From contig OZ024744.1 in NCBI GenBank assembly GCA_964016885.1, positions 125,364,001-125,428,000 on the forward strand: a DNA stretch of 64,000 bases, written 5' to 3'. Positions 1 through 11,029 of this stretch are shown piece by piece (the first letter of the stretch is position 1; every line of letters starts with the position of its first letter). Source of the DNA: Eledone cirrhosa (taxonomy: Eukaryota). The notes under the pieces are model-generated. The model ran no database searches, was not told the DNA's origin, and saw only the letters and a program-made list of their open reading frames with translations. The position numbers and the translations under genes are program-made.

Positions 1-200
1 GGCAATCAAAGTTGATGGAAGTTATGAAGGCGGAAGACCCAGGATGACCTGGGATGAGGTGATAAAAGATGACTTTGCACAATTGCAACTCTCAAAGACA
101 ATGACACAGGATAGAGATCTTGAGATGTATGCAGCAATACAGAAGGCCTGCTTTCCAATGTGCACGGACTCAAACATACATCTAGTAGGCCCCTCCTAAC
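1..200 (+). mobile_element. RTE-clade LINE ORF2 C-terminal remnant
   Basis: Same sequence as 39835-40033, whose frame reads SRLHWYGHVM...GRPRMTWDEVIKDD, the typical RTE C-terminal RLxWxGHV/GRPxxTW motif. Confidence 0.75.
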
Positions 201-254
201 CACTATACTCCTTTCCAAACTCCCACACTCCCACTTCTGTACACACCACCTTTA

Positions 255-820
255 GACTGTAAAGTGGTAGTGTACAAGTCACAACAAAAGCACCCAGTCC
301 ACTCTGTAAAGTTGATGTGTTGGTGTCATAACAAAAGGCACTCAGTCCACTCTGTAAAGAGGTTGTGTAAGTGTCACAACAAAGACATCTAGTCCACACT
401 GTAAAGTGGTCATGTAGGTGTCACAACAAAAAGTACCAGTCATTATTGTAAAGTGGTTGTATAGGTGTCATAACAAAAAGCACCCAGTCGACACTGTAAA
501 GTGGTTGTGTAGGTGTCAGAACCAAAAGCACCCAGTCCACCCTGTAAAGTGGTTGTGTAGGTGTCATGATAAAAAGCACCCAGTCCACACAGTAAAGTGG
601 TCATGTAGGTGTCACTAAAAAAGCACCCAGTCTACTCTGTAAAGTGGTCATGTAGGTGTCATGACAAATAGCACCCAGTCCACCCTGTAAAGTGTTCATG
701 TAGGTGTCATGATGGAGAGTAACCAGTCCACAATGTAAAGTAGCCATGTAGCTGTCACAACAAAGCACCCAGTCCACACTGTAAAGTGGTCATGTAGGTG
801 TCATTTCAAAAAGCACCCAG
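255..820 (+). repeat. ~42-bp minisatellite (aaaagcacccagtccactctgtaaagtggtcatgtaggtgtc), probably derived from an RTE 3' region; also at 40089-40655
   Basis: About 13 diverged tandem units directly after the RTE ORF end. The reverse complement of the core (acagagtgtactgggtgctttt) occurs dispersed at ~7412, 17690-17835 and 39162. Confidence 0.8.
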
Positions 821-899
821 GTCCATGGCTTGGCCTGCTAACCGACGCTATACCCAAGTCGGTCGCCATGCTTTCCAGCATAGAGTTACGTCTCTTTAT

Positions 900-1010
900 G
901 GTCTGAGTTCAAATCACGCCGAGGTTAACTTTGCCTTTCATCCTTACGGGGTCGATAAAATAAAGCACCAGTAATGTACTGGGGTCGATTTAATCGACTT
1001 TCCCCTCCTC
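900..1010 (+). mobile_element. tRNA-derived SINE (octopus-type); copy B at 40734-40845
   Basis: B-box-like gagttcaaatc followed by gccgaggttaactttgcctttcatccttacggggtcgataaaataaagcaccag...tactggggtcgatttaatcgact. Related fragments lie at ~8805-8875, 18045-18130, 29445-29503 (minus) and 29731-29787. Confidence 0.75.
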
Positions 1011-1050
1011 TGCCAAATGACACACACATGCATGGTTCGGGGGAACCTAC

Positions 1051-1086
<36 letters not shown>

Positions 1087-2248
1087 GTAGGTCACTGGTT
1101 GAGTCGGTATTAACCACAGTAACTAAGGTACTCAATACATATTAGATATAGGTGTCTTTCTAATTGCTGGCCTTGTTCATAAGGTATACACAAGTATGAT
1201 GTGTGTCTGTTTAACTGTACGTGTGAAAACATCGCGAAATTGCGCCTTTTAATATTTGAATATAAACAGTTAAAAAATAATTATTTTAGTAATTTTTAAA
1301 TATCGATAATGTGTATATAAATATTAGAAATCAATTTAATTAGTTCAGTAACATTACTCGGAGTTAAGATAAACCTTCATTTGAAGAAATTCGAGATTTG
1401 ACCAAATAAATAGATTATGTGATCAATAAAAAAAATATGTATACGCGCTTGAACGACGGGTTGCAGACAGTCAGGCATACAGACACATATTTTAAAGCGT
1501 GCGACGTTAAAAGTGTTACTCTCTCTCTTTTTAGATAGATAGACTTAATTAAAGCAGTTTCACTCTCTCTATATTTCATCAGCTCTCTCTCTCTTAAATT
1601 GAAAGATTCATTAAGGCTGAAATAATCTAAACAGTAACATCATTTTTCGCCAGCTCTAGCTTGCGTCCAGAGATATACACACACATATATATATATTTTT
1701 TTTGTTATCGAGTTGAGCTTTGCCAAGCATAGAATTCCAAATTTGACCATCTCCACTGAAAATGTTCGTGAAATAGTCTTTAAGAAGCAATTTAATTTTT
1801 TCCAACTGAAACTGTAAGTATTTTAAAATTTATTTCAACATGGTCTTAAAAGATTGTTGGCTTTTTTTAAATTCATAACTATTTACTATGAAATATAAAT
1901 TATTAAATCCAATTTATTTGATAACCATGATTTGATTTTATAATTACCTGAATCACGTTAACATGTATGTATATATATACACACACACGTGTGTGTATAT
2001 ATATATATATATAATAATTGTTTCTACGTTACGCAGTGTATTACTGGTACTGTATTTTACGATATTAAATATTAAATATTAACTATTAGATATTAAATAT
2101 TAAATATTAGATATTAGATATTAAATATTAAATATTAAATATGATATCCCTGAAATATATATAATGAAATAAATATGGTTTTATAAATGTAATTTCCATT
2201 TGTTTAATATCAAATATATATATATATATATATATGTATTTATGTATA

Positions 2249-2309
<61 letters not shown>

Positions 2310-2539
2310 GAGGCAGACACAGACACAGAATATCGTATATATCACACACACACAATTAAGACTTGACGTGTTGCAGACAGCCAGACATACAGAGAGATAT
2401 TTTAAAGCGTGCGACCTTAAATGCCTTACTCTTTCTCTTATCAAAAGAGAAAGAGTAATGCTAACACTTACGTCTACTTCACGCTCTCTTGAACCGTTAC
2501 AGAAATTGCATCACATCTAATTATAACTTTGTACGTTTG

Positions 2540-2618
<79 letters not shown>

Positions 2619-2624
2619 GCACAC

Positions 2625-2657
<33 letters not shown>

Positions 2658-2660
2658 CAC

Positions 2661-2704
<44 letters not shown>

Positions 2705-2741
2705 GTGTATATATATATATATATATACACACACACGTGTG

Positions 2742-2774
<33 letters not shown>

Positions 2775-2795
2775 GTGTGTGTATATATATATATA
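2540..2795. repeat. Compound (TA)n/(CA)n-CGTG-(TG)n self-complementary microsatellite
   Basis: Repeated tatatacacacacgtgtgtgtatata units, expanded in copy B at 42427-43054 and 46181-46452. Confidence 0.95.
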
Positions 2796-3117
2796 TCTGT
2801 CTCTCTCCCTGTCTCTCACTCTGCCTCTATCCCCCCTCTCTCTCTCTGTCTCTCCCCCCCCCCTCTCTCTCTCTAGTAGTAGAGAGAGAGAGAGATATAA
2901 ACGTATAACCCTAAACCTAACCCATCTCTCTCACTCTCTCTCTCCCCCTCTCACTCTCCCTCTACCCCTCCCTCTCTCTATTTCTCTCTCTCTCCAGTAG
3001 TAGAGAGAGACAAAGAGAGAGAGAGATATAAACGTATAACCCTAACCAAACCCTAACCCAACTCTAACCCAACCCTAACCCTAACCCCAACCCTAACTCT
3101 AACCTAACCCTAACCCA

Positions 3118-3148
<31 letters not shown>

Positions 3149-3388
3149 ACCCCCTCTCTCTCTCTCTAGTAGTAGAGAGAGAGACAAAGAGAGAGAGAGA
3201 GATATAAACGTATAACCCTAACCCATCTCTCTCTCTCTATTTCTCCCCCCCTCTCTCTCTCTCTAGTAGTAGAGAGAGAGAGACAAAGAGAGAGAGAGAT
3301 ATAAACGTATAACCCTAACCCAACCCTAACCTCTCTCTCTCCCCCCTCTCTCTCTCTATTCCCCCCCTCTCTCTCTCTCTCTAGTAGT

Positions 3389-3421
<33 letters not shown>

Positions 3422-3485
3422 TAGATATAAACGTATAACCCTAACCCAACCCTAACCCATCTCTCTCTCTCTCTCTCTCTCTCTT
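2796..3485. repeat. Composite minisatellite: (CT)n-agtagt-(AG)n-gatataaacgtataa-(CCCTAA-like); copy B at 46453-46936
   Basis: Five units contain the fixed motifs ctctagtagtagagagag and gatataaacgtataaccctaa. Confidence 0.85.
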
Positions 3486-3625
3486 TGTTTTTAACATTGT
3501 TTTGTTTTTCTTTTCTTTTCTTATTCAGATGACAAACGGCAGAGGATACAACAGAAGAAAAGAACAAAGATAATTATTATTATTATTACTATTATTATTT
3601 GTTTTATTATAATCAAAATATGCTG

Positions 3626-4345
3626 TTAGTTAGATCTGCATTGCGTACATTTTATATAATTTATGCCAGTTCCTTTTCTGCATATCGAACATGGCCATTT
3701 CCCTGACGGAATAGAGTTTTGTCCTCTTTCGTGACACAAAGTACAGCCAGCGGCATCATTGCGGACAGACTTAATCCCGAATTGCACTGACACACTGCCT
3801 CGCAATACGGAACACCGCACGTCTTTGATCTTCTTCCCGTCGATCAGCCTCCTTGCCATGCTAAGTACACCTGACGTCTAGCTTCTCTCTTAGCGGCGGC
3901 TTTATATTCTTCTCTACTCCCACTAATTTTCCAAGCATTCCATGCTAGCCTTTAGTCTCCAATGGCCCGATCTACCGTGCTGTCCCACCACCATGTCACT
4001 CTCTGTCTGGTTGGAACTCTGATCCAGCCACAAGTTTAATCAGTAGCCTGCAATAAGTTGTCACATAAGAAAATCGAGTTCTCATGTATGTCATACGACT
4101 GTGAATCGTCTTCTTTTTCGTCATACACATATTGAAGGGCTTTCCTAAATTTCTATTTTAGTGAAATCTCTTTTAGCTTCCAGACCTTTCTTTTTTCCAC
4201 ATCTTCCTGTATGTCTCAATCATACCTGGAGCTGTCCAACATGACCATTGAAATCCCCTGCTAGCATAACGATGTCTCCGTCCTGTCATTGTGGCTGTTT
4301 GTAAAAATTGCTTGTAAATGAAGTCTTTCTTTTCTTTACCTAGCA
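3626..4345 (-). mobile_element. Degenerate RTE-clade LINE fragments
   Basis: The minus strand gives PSGKWPCSICRKGTGINYIKCTQCRS, the same Cys-rich motif as the RTE at 17269-17478, plus endonuclease-region remnants homologous to 36000-36200. Confidence 0.65.
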
Positions 4346-5055
4346 GAAGCAATTAACACTAACCCAACTGTAACACTAACCCTAACACTAACTTATGCAG
4401 GCCTAGGTAAAGACAAGAAAGATAAAACAAGGAGTGATGCTTCTTGAATTTTGTGATGCAAGTGTTTTAACCATTTGCAAAACCAACTTCCACAAACCTG
4501 CCTCACTGCCGCCTAATAACCTACAAATCAGGCAAGCACAGAAGCCGGATTTCTCGGTAGTTAGGCAGCGAGACAGACAGATGGGGTGTGAAGTACCAGG
4601 GTGTGCCCCGGGGAGGAATGTTTCCCACAGCGTGGGTTGGTTGTTGGTGATGTCTCGGTTATCTTGAGACGGAGTGAGACGTGCAGGAATACTCTCACGG
4701 AATCGCCAAATGAGGTTTATTTTTCAACATAGTCCCTGGAATGAAACAATGTGGTTATTAAGAAGAATTGAAATTAATGTAAGATTTCACAGATCTATGA
4801 TCAATCCTTCACAGTCAGCTTACAAAGTTTTCAGCCAAACCTTGTGTATTTCCAACATTTCAAACCCTATCTAGGACTACATTATCTAATGTACAGTACA
4901 GTAGTTAGTATTAGTGGCTATCAGACATAGTGTATCTAAATGCAACATTTTTAACATTGTTTTTTTTTTCTTTTCTTTTCTTTTCTTATTCAGATGACAG
5001 ACGGCAGAGGATACAATAGAAGAAAAGAACAATGATAATTATTATTATTATTATT

Positions 5056-5444
5056 GTTGTTATTCCTTGAATCTCAGTCATTGATGTTGGTTAACTGGAA
5101 AGTCCGTTGGAATGAATATCAAGCCACTACCTGCAGCCTCAGATATTCAGGACGTATCGGAGGGTTCTTGCTGTTCCAAGCAAGCATGCCTTTTGAAGCG
5201 TTCCAGCCGATTTTCTTTAACCATCCCTGGAAACTTTTGGAGATGGACAAAAAACTGGAACACAATAGACCTGACCTGGTGGTTGTGGACAAAGAAAAAA
5301 GATCGTGTCTGATTGTGGATGTGGCCTGCCCGTTCAACACGAGAGTGCAAGAGAAGGAGAGGGAGAAAATTAACCGATACCAGGACCTAAAGTGGGAGGT
5401 GAAAAGGATTTGGAACTGCCATGAAGTCAAAGTGATCCCGATTG
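5056..5444 (-). mobile_element. 5'-truncated, 5'-inverted R4/Dong-like (restriction-like endonuclease) non-LTR element inside (ATT)n; copy B at ~48508-48910
   Basis: Plus strand 5245-5444 reads HNRPDLVVVDKEKRSCLIVDVACPF...EKINRYQDL...KVIPI (PD-(D/E)xK RLE). The minus strand (intact in copy B) reads ISKSFQGWLKKIG...LQKACLLGTARTLRYVLNI*, the C-terminus of the same ORF type. Both sides are (ATT)n. Confidence 0.75.
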
Positions 5445-5485
<41 letters not shown>

Positions 5486-5889
5486 TATTATTTGTTTTAT
5501 TATAATCAAAATATGCTGTTAGTTAGATCTGCATTGTGTACATTTTATATAATTTATGCCAGTTCCTTTTCTACATATCGAACATGGCCATTTCCCTGAC
5601 GGAATAGAGTTTTGTCCTCTTTTCTACTCATCAACACTCATTCGTGACACAAAGTACAGCCAGCGGCATCATTGCGGACAGACTTAATCCTGATTTGCAC
5701 TGACACACTGCCTCGCAAAACGGAACACCGCACGTCTTTGATCTTCTTCCCGTCGATCAGCCTCCTTGCCATGCAAAGTACACCTGACGTCTAGCTTCTC
5801 TCTTAGCGGCGGCGGCTGTATATTCTTCTCTACTCCCACTAATTTTCCAAGCATTCCATGCTAGTCTTTAGTCTCCAATGGCCCGATCT

Positions 5890-6045
5890 ACAGTTTCTGT
5901 CTCAACTCGTCTATGCTTGGTCGTTCCCGCACATTGACATTGCACATCCAACGGAGCATGCTTGCTTCATTTCTCTCCAGCCGTCGCATGTCCTCTGCAG
6001 TTGCTGCCCGTGTCTCACTACCATGCAGCATCGCGCATCTAAACC
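5890..6045 (-). mobile_element. RTE-clade LINE fragment
   Basis: AMLHGSETRAATAEDMRRLERNEASMLRWMCNV is a classic RTE post-RT motif. Confidence 0.75.
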
Positions 6046-6054
6046 TGGCCCTTA

Positions 6055-6920
6055 CCCTAACCCCAACCTCTTTGGTTTTCGTTTTCTCGACGGCTAGCCG
6101 CATTTCGTGATCCGCCTTTCGATTGCGCTTCCGTCGCGGCAAAAGAATTGCCTTTCCAGACCGCCGTCGCCCGACCGGACCCATGATAGAAGACGTTCGT
6201 TACCGTTGGAGCAACGCAAATTACTCCTCGGTTGACGCCAAAAACGAACGCCTTCCCGCCTCGCGCCGCCTTCTCCTCGCCGACCCTCGGCCTCGACGAT
6301 TAGCCACTTTCCGTCACAGCAGTAGATACGCGTCCGTCGTAATAGCCGTCATTTTAACGCAGGAGAAACGCCTAATTGCCCTGCACCGCGTTTGACGGCG
6401 ATCTACGACGGCGACGATGCGCGCACTCTTCCTTGCTGCGACGAAGGTTTCGGCTTTTCGTCGTGGACCCGGTCAGGTCATGCCGCTGACCTCGCGTTAC
6501 GGCGACGCGAGAAGACGTTCGTTACCGCTGGAGCAACGCAAATTACTCCTCGGTTGACGCCAAAAACGAACGCCTCGCGCCGCCGCTTCCTCCTCGGCCT
6601 CGACGATTAGCCGCTTTCCGTCACAGCAGTAGATACGCGTCCGTCGTAATAGCCGTCATTTTAACGCAGGAGAAACGCCTTGACGACGATATACGACGGG
6701 TCGACGACGCGCGCACTCTTTCTGCTGCGACGAAGGTTTTGGCTTTTCGTTGTGGACCCGGTCGGGTCATGCCTCTGACCTCGCGTTGCGTCGCCACCGC
6801 CGCGGCGGGCTTGGGTTTAGCCGTAGCTACCCTCGTTTTGCCAACGGCGACGCGAGAAGACGTTCGTTACCGCTGGAGCAACGCAAATTACTCCTCGGAT
6901 GAGGCCAAAAACGAACGCTG
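6055..6920 (+). repeat. Diverged orphan copy of the GC-rich rDNA-spacer-like repeat family; copy B at 49521-50387
   Basis: Contains gaagacgttcgttaccgctggagcaacgcaaattactcctcgg three times plus blocks shared with 18851-20090. Preceded by ccctaaccccaacc. No 18S sequence follows. Confidence 0.85.
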
Positions 6921-6997
6921 AAGAGATATTGTCCATGGATATCGGGAATTTTACCCGCCCTAGATAGATAGATAGATAGGGATGTATGTATGTATGT

Positions 6998-7051
<54 letters not shown>

Positions 7052-7430
7052 GTATGTATCTTTCTCATTCTCTCTGTATGTATGTATGTATGTATATATA
7101 TATAATTATATATTTATAGACATCCTGAAAGCTTTTTAAATGTCTGAGAGATTGGCTAAATATGTTTTGCAGGTATGACCAGTAAGAGAGAGGTAAGTTA
7201 TTTCAAAACAATTCTTTGACCATTATTTTAAGGTACTATCTCAGTGTATTTTTAAATTGACCTCTTGATAGGATGAAATGACCTGTATAATTTTTTTCAT
7301 ATTTAGATGGAATAGAAGAAAAACAAGAAAAATGAAATGAATTCAAACAGAAAATATACACCAATGCCAATGGAGGTATGATTTCAGTTTAATCTTAACC
7401 TAATGACCACTTTACAGAGTGTACTGGATA

Positions 7431-7499
<69 letters not shown>

Positions 7500-7957
7500 A
7501 GGAAGCTCCAACCGTTAAGGTTGTCTTTCCATTTATTAATATATTGTGTATTTACTCCACTAAACTGTTGAGTGCTTTATATCAGTTATAAAAAAATTTC
7601 AGCTTGTTGAATCCCAAAATAGTTGTTGAAACAGCCACAGCTCAGCCGTCGGGGTCCTGAATATTTATCATATATATATACGTATGAGTGTGTGTGTTTT
7701 GAGAATTAATAATTATATAAACAAGTTTGTAATGAACAATTTATTTCTTATCAAAACTGTATAAACATGATATTATTTACAGTAAGAATAACAATAATAA
7801 TGATGGTTTCTAGTAAAGGTGGAAGGCCAGTAATTTGGGGGAGGGGAAAGTTGATTAAATCGAAGAGAGAAAGAAAGAAAAAACAGAACGGGAAGGAGAG
7901 GGGATGGCAAGAGGTCCGGTGTCGCAGGAGAGAGGGGAGGGTGGTTGAGCTTTGAGT

Positions 7958-8440
7958 CTAGGGCAAGAGGGCAGAAATGCTGCGCCCCACGGATAAGACG
8001 GCAAAAATATTCTCGCGGACGATGGCCAGAGATACCCAATGCAACAACCACCCAACCTCGCGGTGTTCCCTCCTCAGATGGGCTGCTGACTCTCCGATCT
8101 TTTGGAGGAGCTCGGCAGTACAAGGTCCAAGTACTCCTGGGGTCTCGACGTTGACTGGTGCAGAGAGGAAGTGGCCGGACAATCCTCGGTATTTGTTTAT
8201 TTTACGTTCTTCTGCGAGGTGGGCTGCGATGCCGGGGTTTGTGACCGAAACGACTTGGAAACGAAGTTGTAGGCGGAGATTGTGTCGTAGCTGGTGGTGT
8301 CCCAGATGAGGGACCTACGTCCTTCGAATGGGAAGAGAGTGATTCCGTCGGGGCGCTTGCCATCTCCGGGACCTGTTGGCCCCAGTTGTGATGGGAAGCC
8401 AGCTGCGTCCAGGCTTCTTCTCAATATGTCGTTGACAACG
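7958..8440 (-). mobile_element. Decayed CRE-like non-LTR retrotransposon 3' fragment (RLE domain); copy B at 51426-51908
   Basis: GKRPDGITLFPFEGRRSLIWDTT ... VETPGVLGP ... VSLAIVRENIFAVL resembles the RPDG..W D / VETxGxxG / SxAIQRGN motifs of CRE-type RLE elements. It is frameshifted. Confidence 0.65.
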
Positions 8441-8974
8441 ACGTGTATCTATTCAATAATTATTTGAATATTGAAATTTTAGGTTTAACTACCTTTTAAA
8501 CCAAATACATTAAGAAAGGCATGACCAACACCACATCATTTTTATTTCTATTTTGAAAGTAGGTTTATAAGTATTAAATTTCAGTAGATTCTTATATCCT
8601 TCATGGTGGTCTGGTGGGAGATACGAGAGATGGTGGAGGTTCTGGTCTGGGGTTCAATCCTGCTCAGGAGATACTCTAAGGGGGTTCATACTAAACTTCT
8701 TCAGTGTTTCTTATCTCTAGAGACAAATATATATACATAAGGTAATCTGGTAAAGTTGTTAGAACATCACATAGAATTCTTTGTAGTATTTTTTCCAGTT
8801 CTTCAATCTGAGTTCAACTTTACTTTTCTTCCATTCGGGGTTGATAATAACGTACCAGTCAAATACTAGGGGTTAATTCTTCCTCTATATCTCTTTCTCA
8901 CTCTCTGTCTGTTTTATTAAGACCTGGAGAGGTGATGTACTCTACCAGGTTTTATAATGAGTGATGGGGTCACT

Positions 8975-9302
8975 ACACCTCTGTGTACTAAGTGTAGCAT
9001 ATTATATCCTTGTTCAGGCCTTCCTGACATTACTGTGTACTAAGGGTAGCATTTTATATCCTTGTTCAGGGCCATCTTAACATTGCTGTGTACTAAGTGT
9101 AGCATATTATATCCTTGTTCGGGGCCTTCCTGACATTAGTGTGTACTGAGTGTAGATTTTAACATCCTTGTTCTGGGCCTTCCTAACATTACTGTGTACT
9201 GAGTGTAGATTTTAACATCTTTGTTCAGAGCCTTCCTTACATTACTGTGTACTAAGTGTAGCATTTCATATACTTGTTCTGGGCCTTCCTAACGTTACTG
9301 TG
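8975..9302. repeat. ~53-bp minisatellite (ctgtgtactaagtgtagcatattatatccttgttcagggccttcctgacatta), about 6 units
   Basis: Direct periodicity (units at 8981, 9033, 9086 and onward). Also at ~52455-52781. Confidence 0.9.
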
Positions 9303-10080
9303 GAAATAGTAGTTTATATCCAATATGTAATATAGATATGGATTCTACAGGACTAAAACTCATTAATATGAGGGGTATTAGTAGATTATATGCCATATTT
9401 AATAGAGAAATGGCTTCTACAAGACTAAAACTCATTAATATGAGGGGTATTACAGTTTATATGCCATATTTAATACAGAAATGGCTTCTAAAGGACTAGA
9501 ACTCTTTAAATTGAATAAAATAGTAGTATATATCCTATGTTTAATACAGAAATGCCTTCTAAAGGACTCATTAATATGAGGGTATTAGTAGATTATATAA
9601 CATATTTAATACAGAAATGGCTTTTAAATTCAGGGACTCGTTAATTTGATGGAAATAGTAGTGTCTATGCAATATTTAATACAGAAATAGCTTCTACAGG
9701 ACTAAAACTAATTAATATGAGGGGTATTAGTAGTATATGTGCCATATTTAATACAGAGATGGCTTCTAAATGGAGGTATCTCATTAATTCGATTGAAATG
9801 GTAGTGTATATGCAATATTTAATACAGAAATAGCTTCTACAAGAATAAAACTCATTAATATGAAGGTTATTATTACATTATATGCCATATTTAATACAGA
9901 AATCGGTTCTAAAGGACTAGAACTCTTTAATTCAAATCAAATAGTAGTATAAAGCAATATTTACTACAGAAATGGCTTCTACAAGACTAAAAATCCTTAA
10001 TATGAGGGGTATTGTTAGATTATATACCATATTTAATACAGAAATGGCTTCTAAATGAAGAAATCTCTTTAATTCGATAG
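9303..10080. repeat. ~65-71-bp AT-rich minisatellite (catatttaatacagaaatggcttcta...taatatgaggggtatta)
   Basis: About 11 diverged tandem units. Also at ~52782-53560. Confidence 0.9.
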
Positions 10081-10457
10081 TAATAGTAATAATAATAATA
10101 GTAATAGTAATAATACAGCCAATTTTCCACGCAATACTTTTAGTTAGCACCCCGAACGCATAATTGGGAATATAATCACTTATTTCCTAATGTTTGTTGA
10201 GTGAGTTGGGAAAAAAAACTTGGGAAATATATTTTCAGGGTCTCAAAATCTTAAAGAGAAAAAAAAGTCCTGTGGAAGGTAGCAAAACAATTAGGAAGAA
10301 AATGGTTTGAAGTTGGTTGGTGAGTATAAGATTACAGTATCTTGTTGATTTCTATAAAGTTTACTTTTAACTGAATTGGTAAAAATGGATAAATTAGAAG
10401 ACACAATATAATAACTAATATTGTCTTCTAAAACAGGGAATAAAAATATGTTGGTGT

Positions 10458-10491
<34 letters not shown>

Positions 10492-10749
10492 AAACATGTG
10501 AGTTAATGGGAATGTTTTTGTTTGTTTTTATTGAAACATATTCAATCTACAGATAGGTTGTTATAGTTATTTAGTCTCGGGTCTGCCATTATCTGCAGAT
10601 TTATAATTGAGGGGTGTTCCAGGTGTGACCACCCTACATTATTCCTAGAGATTGTTACTCCTTCATTCTTCAGTCATCTTGGTCTTCTTATGAGATGGTG
10701 GTGTAGTCTTATTTATTGTTAAGGTTATGGTCTTCCTTTGTCCACACTC

Positions 10750-10787
<38 letters not shown>

Positions 10788-11029
10788 AAAGGCTCCAAAT
10801 CTAGCTGTCGTCTGTTCTACAGTGTGGATGTCATTCACTTCGCACAGAAGTTTTGTTCAAATTTATTGAGGAAATTTTGTGAGTTCAAACTTAATTTTGA
10901 TACAATTGTGTAGCTTGACCCTCCGTCTGAACTGTCAGGCGGTGGGTCAGCTCATCTTTACCCCTCCTAGAGGTGAAAAACCTGTTTTAAAAAAAATTTT
11001 ATGTAAAAAATTTCAATCGTCTAACAGAA

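Noticed and set aside
2128-3567. YI/CV/HT/SL-rich ORFs (also 33886-35027, 41985-43149, 46057-46576)
   Set aside because: Microsatellite translation artefacts.
10461-10490. G30 tract as a functional G-quadruplex
   Set aside because: It is only G9 in copy B, so it is an unstable homopolymer or a sequencing error.
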